NCBI GenBank assembly: GCA_048594885.1
Contig: JBMDXB010000082.1
Span: 18,237 to 82,236, forward strand
Length of the DNA stretch: 64,000 nucleotides
Direction: 5' to 3'
Origin: Vicinamibacterales bacterium
GTDB taxonomy: Bacteria > Acidobacteriota > Vicinamibacteria > Vicinamibacterales > 2-12-FULL-66-21
The position numbers and the translations under genes are program-made. The notes beneath the pieces are model-generated. The model saw only the letters and a program-made list of their open reading frames with translations, ran no database searches and had not been told where the DNA came from. Position 1 is the first letter of the stretch; every line of letters begins with the position of its first letter. Below are positions 18,730 through 29,715 of the stretch, piece after piece.

Positions 18730-20247
18730 ATGGACCCAGCGATCATCATCGGCGGCGGCCCCAACGGTTTGACGGCGGCGTTCTACCTCGCAAGCACCGG
18801 CCTGAAGACGCTCGTGCTCGAAGCGCGCGAGACGCTCGGTGGCGCGGCGACGCTCGCGCATGCGATTGGACCGATACGCCCCGCGATCGTGCGGGAGATG
18901 CGGCTCGAGCAGCACGGCGTCGAGTTCGTGCAGCCGGAGCCGCGGCTCACGGCGCTCACCGCCGACGGCCGCGCGCTCGTGTTCAGCAGCGACGTGGCGC
19001 GAACCGCAGACGCAATCCGCGCCTTCTCGGCGAAGGACGCCGATCGCTATCCGGAGTTCTGCGACACGCTGGCGCGGCTCGGCGCGTTCTTCGCCGGCAT
19101 CCTCGATCGTACGCCTCCATCGCTGAATCCTTCGTCGCCCGGCGAGGCCTGGGACCTGCTCCGCACCGGACGCCGATTCCGATCGCTCGGCCGCAAGAAC
19201 GGCTTCCGGCTGCTGCGATGGGCGCCGATGGCTGCCGCGGATCTCGTCGGCGAGTGGTTCGAGACCGACGTCCTGCAGGCGGCGATCGCGGCTCGCGGCG
19301 TCTACGGCACCGCGCAGGGTCCGTGGTCGGCAGGGACGGGCGCGGTGATGCTCCTTCAGGCCGCGGCGGATCCGTTGCCTGGCGGCAGCAGCCTGACGGT
19401 GAACGGAGGGGCCGGCGCGCTGATGAAGGGCATGGCCGCGGCCGCGCAATCGGTGGGCGCCGAGATTCGGACCGGCGCGACGGTATCGCGGATCCTCTGC
19501 AAGGATGGACGCGCGTCCGGCGTGGTGCTCAACGATGGCACCGAGATCGCCGCACGCGCCGTTGCGTCGAGCGCGGATCCGAAGCGCACGCTGCTCGATC
19601 TGCTGGATCCGTTCGAGCTCGATCCCGACTTCACGACGAAGGTCCGCAACTATCGCTGTCCGGGCAGGGCGGCGCACGTCCTTCTGCGGCTCGCCGCCGC
19701 GCCGGCATTTCCCGGTATCGAGGGGGCCGCCGCGCCGTTCAGCGGGCGGCTCCACATCGGGCCGTCGATCGACTACCTCGAGCGCGCGTTCGACGCATCC
19801 AAATACGGCGAGCTTCCGCAGGAGCCATATCTCGACGCCGCAATGGTTGAACCCGATTTGCTGTCGGTCGCCGCGCACTTCGTGCCCTATCGGCTCGCGC
19901 GCGACCTGGACTGGAGCACCAAGCGCGACGAGCTCATCACTATCGTCCTGCGCACCCTCGAGGCGCACTCCCCCGGCATCAGCCGGCTCATCCAGGATTC
20001 GCTGGTGAGGACGCCTGTGGATCTCGAACGCGAATTCGGGCTGACGGGTGGCCACATTTTTCACGGCGAGCCGTCGCTGGACCAGTTGCTGACGATGCGA
20101 CCGATTCTCGGATGGGCGCAGTACGCGACGCCGATACGGAATCTCTATTTGTGCGGCGCCGGGACGCACGGCGCGCTCGGCATCACGGGCGGTCCTGGCC
20201 GTAACGCGGCGCGCGAAATCGTCCGGCACCTCCGGTCCTTACGATAA
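18730..20247 (+). CDS. Phytoene desaturase-like FAD oxidoreductase B (paralog of 16699-18282)
   Basis: IIGGGPNGL, GHIFHGE and LYLCGAGTH motifs. Confidence 0.88.
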   Translation: MDPAIIIGGGPNGLTAAFYLASTGLKTLVLEARETLGGAATLAHAIGPIRPAIVREMRLEQHGVEFVQPEPRLTALTADGRALVFSSDVARTADAIRAFSAKDADRYPEFCDTLARLGAFFAGILDRTPPSLNPSSPGEAWDLLRTGRRFRSLGRKNGFRLLRWAPMAAADLVGEWFETDVLQAAIAARGVYGTAQGPWSAGTGAVMLLQAAADPLPGGSSLTVNGGAGALMKGMAAAAQSVGAEIRTGATVSRILCKDGRASGVVLNDGTEIAARAVASSADPKRTLLDLLDPFELDPDFTTKVRNYRCPGRAAHVLLRLAAAPAFPGIEGAAAPFSGRLHIGPSIDYLERAFDASKYGELPQEPYLDAAMVEPDLLSVAAHFVPYRLARDLDWSTKRDELITIVLRTLEAHSPGISRLIQDSLVRTPVDLEREFGLTGGHIFHGEPSLDQLLTMRPILGWAQYATPIRNLYLCGAGTHGALGITGGPGRNAAREIVRHLRSLR

Positions 20248-20260
20248 GATCCGCTTGCCT

Positions 20261-22855
20261 ATGGCTCATCGCGGGGCGATTGTCGCGCTCGTCCTCGCGT
20301 CTGCCGCGGCCGCCCACGCCGCGACGCCATCGGCTCGCGGTGCCATCGCGCTGCCCGCGCCCGCCGCCACGATCGCCGAGACGCTCTCGATTCCAACCGT
20401 CGATCGCAGCCGCATCCTGCTCCATGCCATCCGTTCGATATTCGATCCCGCGGAAGCCTCCCCTGCGTCGGTGACCGAGCTCGTTGCGCTGCTGCGCAGG
20501 CCTGCCGCCGCGACGCACGAGACGGTTCCACTGCCGCTGACGCCGAAGATCTGGCGTGAGGCGATCTTCACCGTTCCGGTGGAAGAGAAAGACGTCCTCG
20601 CGGGCGTGTTCGAAAACCGATCCGCGGCGCTGATGTACTACGGCTTGTCGGCCATGGACGACGAGACGCTGCAGTGGCTGGCGGAGCGCCGCGATGTACT
20701 CGGGCATCTCACGAAGCACGCTGGTGCGTTCGCGGCATTCGGGCGCAGCGTGCGCATCGCCGCCGGCCGCGTCGCCGTTCCCGGCGGTGCTGCTGCGGAG
20801 GCGATCTGGCGCGAAGTCGCCGGCGGCAATCCGGCGGAGCCGGGTGCGTTCATCAAGGGACTCTTTCGAAACGACCGGGGAAGGCTCGCGTTCTTCTACG
20901 ACACCGTCGCGCACGTCGACATTCCCCGGCAACGCTTCGCGCTGCAGAATCTCGACCGCGTGCGTGCGCTGGCCGGCGTGTTTCAGAGCTTCGCGAGCGA
21001 CTGGGACGTCGAGGCCCGCCCGTTCTCGCGCCCGCAGCTCGATCCGATGCTGCTGCTCGACACGGTGCGGCTGTCGCCTGACGGCGCGCTCGCGGAACCC
21101 GCGGACGAAGCGCTGTGGAGCCGCGTGTTTCGCGACGACATGGCGAACGACGTCGAATTCCGGGAGATCGAGGCGTGGAGGGCAGGCGACCCGCAGCGGA
21201 TCGACGCGGCGTGGCTCGCGTCGAGAGTTCATGCCGTCCCGTACCACGTCGGCCGGCGCCGGCTCGACACCTTCCTCTTCACGCAGCGCGCGTTCGCGAA
21301 GAGCCGCGCCACGCCGCACGTCATGGCCACCGTCGCGCGCGCGTTCCTCGCAATGCCGTCGCTGATGCTGACGCTGGAGCGCATGCAGATGGATGCGGCA
21401 GCCGTAATGCTGCCCGCGGTGCGCCACGCACACGCGCTGAACGCCATCGGCGGCACCGACACGCGCGATATGGCGGTGTCACTGTTTCAGTCGGCGCTCG
21501 GCCTCCTCGAGCGCGGCCGCAGATCGCGCGCGCTTTCGCACGAGCAGACGCAGGATCTGATGCTCTCGCTGACGGCGCTTCGGGTGGACGGCGGGCATGG
21601 GTACGACCGGCGGGTCGCCGAGTGGCTGCGCACTGCGCTCTTCCGCGGCTCGCCGCAGCCGCCGCTCGAGGCCTCTGATCCCGTCGAGATGGCGGTGCTG
21701 GCGCTGAGGGCGGGCGCGCGCGACGACCGGGCGATGCCAATCGTGGAGTGGGAGGGACACCGCTATCGCCTGGATCATGCCGGTGCCGAGCTCGCGCGTC
21801 TGCGGCGCGTGCGCGAGCTGCAGGACAGCGAGACGCTCGATGCGGTCATCACGCGGCTCCAGGCGGCCAAGCCCGGGTCCGGCGACTACCAGCGTGCGCA
21901 GCGCGCGTTCGTCGACGTCGTCGTGTCGGTTCTCTACGCGGCCCACATCGGCGCTCCCGACACTCCGGCGCTTGCCGCCGGCAACGTCGCGCTGAAGCAT
22001 GACCTCGGCGGACGGGAGCGTCCCGGTCAGCCGGTCTCGTCGGCCTGGAAGCTTCCCGGGGAACTACTGGGCCGCGCCGGCGGAAGAGGCTGGCACGTGC
22101 AGGGGTCGCTGCTGGGCCTGGACGTCGCGCTGCGCCGGCTCGCCCTGCGGCGTCTCGACTCGGCGCGCTTGCCGGCCGGTCCCAAGGTCGCACTCCTCGA
22201 GCGGCAGATCGCGACGATGACGATCGGTCTGATGAACCCCTACGCGATCACTGACGAGGACGGCCAACGCATCGCCGGTGCGCTCGCGCGCGGCCAGGAT
22301 CGCGTCGAGGCGCTGCTGCGGGACCCCTCGACGATCGACGCCGTGGCCGCGGACGCCGGCCTCGGTGAGTGGCGGCGCGAGTCGCTGCGATGGGCGCTCG
22401 TGCACGCGCCGTCGGAAGCGGCGACGTACTTCAACCCGCTCGAACTGTTCTGGCTCGGCGCAGGCGCGGCCGCCGGAGAATTCCACGAGTGGGGCGGACC
22501 GGCGCTGCCGTCGATGGGCTGCCTGTGCCTGCAGATGCCGCGACCGTCGCCGTCGGAGAACATCGCCGGGCGGCCGACATCCGGGCTGCTGGCAACGCGC
22601 GCGGTGGACGCCCACTTGAGAATCGTCTCCGTACTGGCGACGCTGAAGCTGTCCGCCACGCTCACGCCGGCCGTACTGGCCTTTGCACTGCAGGACGTGC
22701 TGGACGAGTCGCAGCCCGCCTACCTCGACGACTGGCAGGCCTTCGGCGCAGCGGCGAAGGCGCTGTCCACGGAGCGGATTGTGGATTACATTGCTGCCTT
22801 GACCGCCGACGGTCCGCTCGTTCCGGTCTCCGCGAGCGCTCCCGAGCGGCATTGA
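20261..22855 (+). CDS. Large secreted hypothetical protein
   Basis: ~865-aa ORF with a signal peptide ending AHA; directly upstream of the VWA genes. Confidence 0.7.
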   Translation: MAHRGAIVALVLASAAAAHAATPSARGAIALPAPAATIAETLSIPTVDRSRILLHAIRSIFDPAEASPASVTELVALLRRPAAATHETVPLPLTPKIWREAIFTVPVEEKDVLAGVFENRSAALMYYGLSAMDDETLQWLAERRDVLGHLTKHAGAFAAFGRSVRIAAGRVAVPGGAAAEAIWREVAGGNPAEPGAFIKGLFRNDRGRLAFFYDTVAHVDIPRQRFALQNLDRVRALAGVFQSFASDWDVEARPFSRPQLDPMLLLDTVRLSPDGALAEPADEALWSRVFRDDMANDVEFREIEAWRAGDPQRIDAAWLASRVHAVPYHVGRRRLDTFLFTQRAFAKSRATPHVMATVARAFLAMPSLMLTLERMQMDAAAVMLPAVRHAHALNAIGGTDTRDMAVSLFQSALGLLERGRRSRALSHEQTQDLMLSLTALRVDGGHGYDRRVAEWLRTALFRGSPQPPLEASDPVEMAVLALRAGARDDRAMPIVEWEGHRYRLDHAGAELARLRRVRELQDSETLDAVITRLQAAKPGSGDYQRAQRAFVDVVVSVLYAAHIGAPDTPALAAGNVALKHDLGGRERPGQPVSSAWKLPGELLGRAGGRGWHVQGSLLGLDVALRRLALRRLDSARLPAGPKVALLERQIATMTIGLMNPYAITDEDGQRIAGALARGQDRVEALLRDPSTIDAVAADAGLGEWRRESLRWALVHAPSEAATYFNPLELFWLGAGAAAGEFHEWGGPALPSMGCLCLQMPRPSPSENIAGRPTSGLLATRAVDAHLRIVSVLATLKLSATLTPAVLAFALQDVLDESQPAYLDDWQAFGAAAKALSTERIVDYIAALTADGPLVPVSASAPERH

Positions 22856-22864
22856 GCCACGTCC

Positions 22865-24013
22865 ATGTCCTTCCGGACCGCGCGCCTGTTCGCGATGGTG
22901 GCGATAGCGGCGGCGACCCTGGCCGCGCAGGAGCCGGCGCCGGTCGTGCGCATCGCCTCTCCGTCGGCTGACGCCTACCTCAGTGGTCCCGTGCGGCTGG
23001 TCGCGCATGTCGATCCCCCGGCGTCCGAGAGGCTCGTCTCGCAGATCACGTTCTTTGCCGGCGGCCACCAGGTCTGCACGATTGCCAGGCCGCCGTTCGA
23101 GTGCAACTGGGACGCCGGCGATCGCATCGTCGAGCAGCAGATTCGCGCCGTCGCGCAGATGCGCGATGGCAGCCGTCTCGTCGGCAACGTGCGGACGCGC
23201 GGCCTGAAACACGCGGAGGTGACGCACGTCGACGTGATTCAGGTGACGGCTGTGGTCACCGACAGCGGCGGACGGTTCGTCCGCGATCTGAAGGAAACGG
23301 ACTTCCAGATCTACGAGGACGACAAGCCGCAGAAGACGACGCTCTTTGCGGCGGAGAACATCCCGCTGGAGCTGGTCGCCGCGATCGACATCAGCTCGAG
23401 CATGGGGGACGCACTGCCGTCGGTGAAGCAGGCGGCCAAGCAGTTTCTCGCCGGTCTGCAACCGGCCGACCAGGTGACGGTACTTGGATTCAACGAGAAC
23501 CTCTTCACGCTGGCGCGCCGCTCGACGGATCAACCCGCGCGCGAACGCGCCGTCGATCTCATGGAGCCCTGGGGCGGAACCGCCTTGTACGACGTCATCC
23601 TGCGTTCGATCGCTCTGCTCGGACGGCAATCGGGACGACGCGCGATCGTGCTGTTCAGCGATGGCGACGACCAGTCGAGCCACGCAACGCTGCAGACGGC
23701 GATGACCAAGGCGGAAGGCAGCGACGCGACCATCTATTCGATCGGCCAGGGACGCGCGGTGCGCTCGCAGGAGCTGCAGCGCCTGCTGCGGCGGCTGGCG
23801 GACGTCAGCGGCGGCCGCGCGTTCTTCAGCGACGACCAGGTGTCGCTGCACGCGACGTTCAACGACATCCTCGAGGACCTTCGCAGCCAGTACCTGCTGG
23901 CCTACGCCTCGCCGCCGAACAGCCGCGACGGCAACTGGCATCGGATCAAAGTCGTCACGAGCAAGGGCCACAAGGTGCGCGCGCGTCAGGGATACCGGCT
24001 TCCCAAGGCATGA
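22865..24013 (+). CDS. Ig-like + VWA domain protein (VWFA-related acidobacterial domain)
   Basis: DISSSM MIDAS, GGTALYD, FSDGDD, QYLLAY and RARQGY motifs. Confidence 0.88.
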   Translation: MSFRTARLFAMVAIAAATLAAQEPAPVVRIASPSADAYLSGPVRLVAHVDPPASERLVSQITFFAGGHQVCTIARPPFECNWDAGDRIVEQQIRAVAQMRDGSRLVGNVRTRGLKHAEVTHVDVIQVTAVVTDSGGRFVRDLKETDFQIYEDDKPQKTTLFAAENIPLELVAAIDISSSMGDALPSVKQAAKQFLAGLQPADQVTVLGFNENLFTLARRSTDQPARERAVDLMEPWGGTALYDVILRSIALLGRQSGRRAIVLFSDGDDQSSHATLQTAMTKAEGSDATIYSIGQGRAVRSQELQRLLRRLADVSGGRAFFSDDQVSLHATFNDILEDLRSQYLLAYASPPNSRDGNWHRIKVVTSKGHKVRARQGYRLPKA

Positions 24014-26787
24014 CCATGCTCAAGTCATCTCTCGCAATCCTCGCGACGATGGCGGTCTCGGGCCTCGCCGCCGTCGCGGTCCTCGCGGCGCAGGACCAGC
24101 CGCAGACGACGTTCCGTTCGTCGATCGATCTCGTCCGCGTCGATGTCAACGTCCTCGACGGCAGCGGACGTCCGGTCCAGGGACTCACCGCGGGCGACTT
24201 CGTGGTGAGCGTCGAAGGCGGCACGCGGCGGGTCGTCACCGCGGAGTACGTCGCGGCGGCCACGCCCGGAGCGCAGCCGAGACCGGCGGAAGCTCCGCGA
24301 CTCTACAGCACCAATGAAGATGCCGTCGGCGGGCGGCTCATCATGCTCGTCGTCGACCAGGGAACGATCGGCGCCGGACGCGGCCGGCAAACGGCGATGG
24401 CTGCCGAGCGGTTCATCTCGCGCCTGCCGGCCTCCGATCGCGTCGGGCTGATCACGATTCCCGGGACGCACCAGCTCGATTTCACCAGCCGGCACGAGAA
24501 CGTCCGCGCGTCGCTGAAGCAGATCGTCGGCTCGGCGCCGACGCACGTCGGCATGCGGCAGGTAGCCGTCTCGGAAGCGCTGGCGATGAGCCGCGGCGAT
24601 CAGCGTGTCACCGATGCCGTCATCTCGCGCGAATGCGCGGGCCTGGCGAACGATTTCGAGCGCCGCATGTGCCGTCAGGAGGTGATGACGCACGCGTCGA
24701 TGACGCGCGCCGAGATCCAGGACCGCGCGCAGACCGCCGTGATCGTGCTGCGCACGCTGCTGCAGCGCCTGGCCGAAACGCCGGAGCCGAAGACGGTGAT
24801 CTTCATCTCCGGCGGTCTCGTGGTCGATCAGGACTACTCCGTATTCTCGTGGTTCGGACAGCTCGCGGCGCGCGGCCACGTGACGCTCTACTCGATCATG
24901 ATCCCGCCGGCGGATTTCGAGGCGTCGCTGCAGCGCATGCCGGTCGCGTATCGCGAGGATCTGCTGCTCGCCGAGCAGGGACTCGGCCACATCTCCGGCC
25001 TGGGGCGGGGAACGATGTTCAGGCTGGCGACGGACCCGGAGCAGATCTTCGGCCGGCTCGAGCTCGAGCTGTCCGGCTACTACATGCTGGGATTCGAGGC
25101 GCAGCCCGCGGACCGCGCCGACAAGGCGCGGCGCATCAACGTGGACGTGCCGGGACGCTCCGGCGTCGAGATCCGCGCGCGCCCGGAATTCAACGTCGAC
25201 ACGCCGGCGACGAAGACGGTCGACGCGATCCTCGGCGAGACCCTGCGGGCGCCGCTGCCTGCCACCGAGATCCGCCTGAAGGTCGCGACCTACACGGTCG
25301 GCGATCCGCGCACCGAACGCCTTCGTGTCATCGTCGGCACCGAGATCGACCGGCCGCGCGACAGCGCGGGCAGGCTCGCGCTCGCGTTCGGGCTGTACGA
25401 CTCGAACGGAAAGGCGGTCGCCAGTTACATCGAGCGCGAGGTCACCACGCGCATCAACCCGCGGACCGGCGCGCATCAGTTCTTCAGCGGCGCGATCGCG
25501 AACGGCCCAGGGACGTACACGCTGAAGCTCGCGGTCACCGACGATCTGCGCCGGCGCGGCAGCGTCGAGCACACCTTCGACGCGAAGCTGACGGCGGCCG
25601 GGCAGGTCCGCGTGAGCGATCTGATGCTCGCCGAGCACACCGGCACGGGCAACGCCGAGGACACCGAGCCCATGGTGTCAGCCGACTACACGAGTCCGGT
25701 CCTGCACGCGGCGCTGGCGCTCTACGGCGGCACCGCGGACGCGATCGAGGGCACGTCGGTCACGTTCGAAGTCGCCGATGCCGGCGAGAGCCGCGCGATC
25801 GCATCAGCCCCGGGCGTGGCAACGGGCAGCGCCGATCCGGTCACCCGCACGGTGCAGGCGTCGCTCCCGATTGACGTGCTGCCGCCGGGAGAGTACGTGG
25901 CGCGCGCGATCGTCACGGCTGGCGGGCGCAAGACAGGCGAGGTGACACGCTCGTTCCGCATCGCTCGCCCGACGCTCGTCACGGACGCGAGCCGATCGAC
26001 CACGCTCTTCCCCGGGCTCCTGGCGACGCAGCTCGAGCGCTTCGATCGAAAGGCGGTGCTCGGGCCGGATGTCGTCGGCTACTTCCTCGATCGGCTGACG
26101 CAGAAGAATGCTGCGACCGGATCCGCGGCGATGGCCGAGGCGCGGAGCGGACGATTCGAAGCCGTCCTCGACGCGCTGAAGTCGTCCAAAGACGACGAGT
26201 TGTCGTCGGCGTTCCTGGCAGGCCTCGCGCTGTATGCGAACGGCGAGCTCGATGCGGCGATGCGGCGCTTCCGCGACGCCTTGCGCGTGGACTCCGAGTT
26301 CTTCCCCGCCGCGTTCTATCTCGGCGCGTGCTACGCGGCTGGCGGCCGCGATCGCGATGCGGCCAACGCCTGGCAGACGTCGCTCGTGACGGAGAGCGGC
26401 GCCAGCTTCATCTATCCGCTGATCGGCGACGCGCTGCTGCGCGCGCGCGATCCGCAGAGGGCGGCGGCGATTCTCGCCGAGGCTGCGGAGCGCTGGCCGT
26501 CCGACGATCAGGTCCAGCTCAGGCTCGGGCTCGCCTATGCCGCTGCCGGCAAGCCAGCCGATGCCGTCAGGGCGATGGACGCGTATCTCGCCACGCATCC
26601 GAACGATCACGAGCGGCTGTTCATCGCGCTCCGGGCCATCTACGAGGCCCGCAACAAGGGCGCGTCGATCGAAACCCCCGAAAAGGATCGGCAGCGGTTC
26701 GAGCGGTATGCCGCGGCGTACGCGGCGGCCGGCGGAACGCAACAGGTGCTCATCGCCAGATGGAAGAGGTTCCTCGACGGCAAGTGA
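24010..26787 (+). CDS. VWA-related domain protein with C-terminal TPRs
   Basis: TFRSSIDLVRVDV, KTVIFISGG and YYMLGF motifs; TPR-like C-terminus; ATGA overlap with the previous gene. Confidence 0.82.
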   Translation: MTMLKSSLAILATMAVSGLAAVAVLAAQDQPQTTFRSSIDLVRVDVNVLDGSGRPVQGLTAGDFVVSVEGGTRRVVTAEYVAAATPGAQPRPAEAPRLYSTNEDAVGGRLIMLVVDQGTIGAGRGRQTAMAAERFISRLPASDRVGLITIPGTHQLDFTSRHENVRASLKQIVGSAPTHVGMRQVAVSEALAMSRGDQRVTDAVISRECAGLANDFERRMCRQEVMTHASMTRAEIQDRAQTAVIVLRTLLQRLAETPEPKTVIFISGGLVVDQDYSVFSWFGQLAARGHVTLYSIMIPPADFEASLQRMPVAYREDLLLAEQGLGHISGLGRGTMFRLATDPEQIFGRLELELSGYYMLGFEAQPADRADKARRINVDVPGRSGVEIRARPEFNVDTPATKTVDAILGETLRAPLPATEIRLKVATYTVGDPRTERLRVIVGTEIDRPRDSAGRLALAFGLYDSNGKAVASYIEREVTTRINPRTGAHQFFSGAIANGPGTYTLKLAVTDDLRRRGSVEHTFDAKLTAAGQVRVSDLMLAEHTGTGNAEDTEPMVSADYTSPVLHAALALYGGTADAIEGTSVTFEVADAGESRAIASAPGVATGSADPVTRTVQASLPIDVLPPGEYVARAIVTAGGRKTGEVTRSFRIARPTLVTDASRSTTLFPGLLATQLERFDRKAVLGPDVVGYFLDRLTQKNAATGSAAMAEARSGRFEAVLDALKSSKDDELSSAFLAGLALYANGELDAAMRRFRDALRVDSEFFPAAFYLGACYAAGGRDRDAANAWQTSLVTESGASFIYPLIGDALLRARDPQRAAAILAEAAERWPSDDQVQLRLGLAYAAAGKPADAVRAMDAYLATHPNDHERLFIALRAIYEARNKGASIETPEKDRQRFERYAAAYAAAGGTQQVLIARWKRFLDGK

Positions 26788-26835
26788 GCCGGGTGCGTTT
26801 TCAACCCGGTTCGTCATCCGTCGGTCTAAGCTGAC

Positions 26836-28377
<1,542 letters not shown>

Positions 28378-28384
28378 GGACGTA

Positions 28385-29623
28385 ATGATCTCGAGGCGCG
28401 TATTCCTCAAAGACGGCGGGCTGGCGCTCGTCAGCCTCGGCTTCGCTCCTGCGTTCCTCGCGCGCGCGGCTGCGCAGGCGAAGACGAAGCAGCGTGTGCT
28501 GATCGCCATCTTCCAGCGTGGCGCCGTCGACGGACTGAACATGATCATCCCGTTCGGCGAGCGCGAGTACTACGCGGCGCGGCCATCGATTGCCATCGCG
28601 CCGCCAGGCTCGGGCGCTGACGCCGCCATCGATCTCGACGGCTTCTTCGGCCTGCATCCGCGTCTTGCGCCGCTCAAGCCGCTCTACGACGCGAAGCAGT
28701 TGGCGATCGTGCACGCGTGCGGCTCGCACGACGGCACGCGCTCGCATTTCGACGCGCAGGACTACATGGAGAGCGGGACCCCAGGCGTCAAGAGCACGCG
28801 CGACGGCTGGATGAACCGGTATCTCCACGCGAAGGAACACGAGCGCGCGACGCCGTTCCGCGCCGTCGCCGTCGCGCCGCAGCTGCCGCGTGCGCTGCAA
28901 GGGCTCGCGCCGGCGCTGGCGATCGGGCAGCTCGATCGCTTCGGCATCCGCGACGGGCAGAACGGCATGATGCAGCCGTCGTTCGAGAGCGAGTACGCGG
29001 CCGCCGCGAACGCGCTCCTGCGCAACACGGGACGCGAGGCGTTCAACGCGATCAAGATGCTGAAAGAGGCGGACCCGCTGCGCTACACGCCCGCCAACGG
29101 CGCCGACTATCCGCGGTCGGCCTTCGGCGAGGCGCTGCGCCAGATCGCGCAGCTCGTGAAGGCGGACGTGGGGCTCGAGATCGCGTTCGCCGAGTCGGGC
29201 AACTGGGACCATCACGCCAACGAGGGCGGAGCCACCGGCACGCTGGCCGGCCGTCTCGACGACCTCGCCCGCGGCATCGCCGCGCTCACCCGCGATCTCG
29301 GCGACCGCATGCAGGACGTCATCGTCATGACGATGTCGGAGTTCGGACGGGCGGTGACGGAGAACGGCAGCCGTGGAACGGATCACGGGCACGGCAACGC
29401 GATGACGATCGTCGGCGGCGGCGTGCGCGGTGGAAAGGTGTACGGGCGCTGGCCCGGCTTGGCTCAGGACCAGCGCTACGAGGGGCGCGACCTTGCGATC
29501 ACGACCGATTTCCGCGGCGTGTTCAGCGAGGTCGTCCGCGGGCACCTGGGCCTGCACGACACCCGCTCCGTGTTCCCCGGCTTCCCCGAAACCGTGACAC
29601 TCACCGTTTTACGAAACCCGTAA
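28385..29623 (+). CDS. DUF1501 family protein with Tat signal
   Basis: SRRVFLK Tat motif; RGAVDGLN, RSHFDAQ, SEFGR and GTDHG motifs. Confidence 0.92.
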   Translation: MISRRVFLKDGGLALVSLGFAPAFLARAAAQAKTKQRVLIAIFQRGAVDGLNMIIPFGEREYYAARPSIAIAPPGSGADAAIDLDGFFGLHPRLAPLKPLYDAKQLAIVHACGSHDGTRSHFDAQDYMESGTPGVKSTRDGWMNRYLHAKEHERATPFRAVAVAPQLPRALQGLAPALAIGQLDRFGIRDGQNGMMQPSFESEYAAAANALLRNTGREAFNAIKMLKEADPLRYTPANGADYPRSAFGEALRQIAQLVKADVGLEIAFAESGNWDHHANEGGATGTLAGRLDDLARGIAALTRDLGDRMQDVIVMTMSEFGRAVTENGSRGTDHGHGNAMTIVGGGVRGGKVYGRWPGLAQDQRYEGRDLAITTDFRGVFSEVVRGHLGLHDTRSVFPGFPETVTLTVLRNP

Positions 29624-29700
29624 AACCGTGACACTCACCGTTTCTCAAAACGGAACACGCGAGGTGGCAATATCTGCAAACGGTGAGTGTCACGGTTTTT
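29589..29700. repeat. REP family 2 triplet A (AAACCGTGACACTCACCGTTT: direct, direct, inverted)
   Basis: Three copies of a 21-nt hairpin core; same architecture as 38531-38644 and 40446-40561. Confidence 0.93.
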
Positions 29701-29715
29701 CGCTACACTCGCAGG

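Noticed and set aside
16699-20247. Carotenoid biosynthesis genes (crtI)
   Set aside because: No crtB/crtE nearby; the context points to amine metabolism.
23101-24009. N-terminal extension of the 1228-aa ORF and similar long extensions or antisense ORFs (e.g. 25804-28548, 2624-4525, 8983-10929)
   Set aside because: They overlap well-supported genes and are stop-poor alternative frames typical of high-GC DNA.
29589-29700. Repeat-spacer-repeat pattern as a mini-CRISPR
   Set aside because: The third copy is inverted, spacer lengths are unequal, and the unit recurs next to a RAYT.
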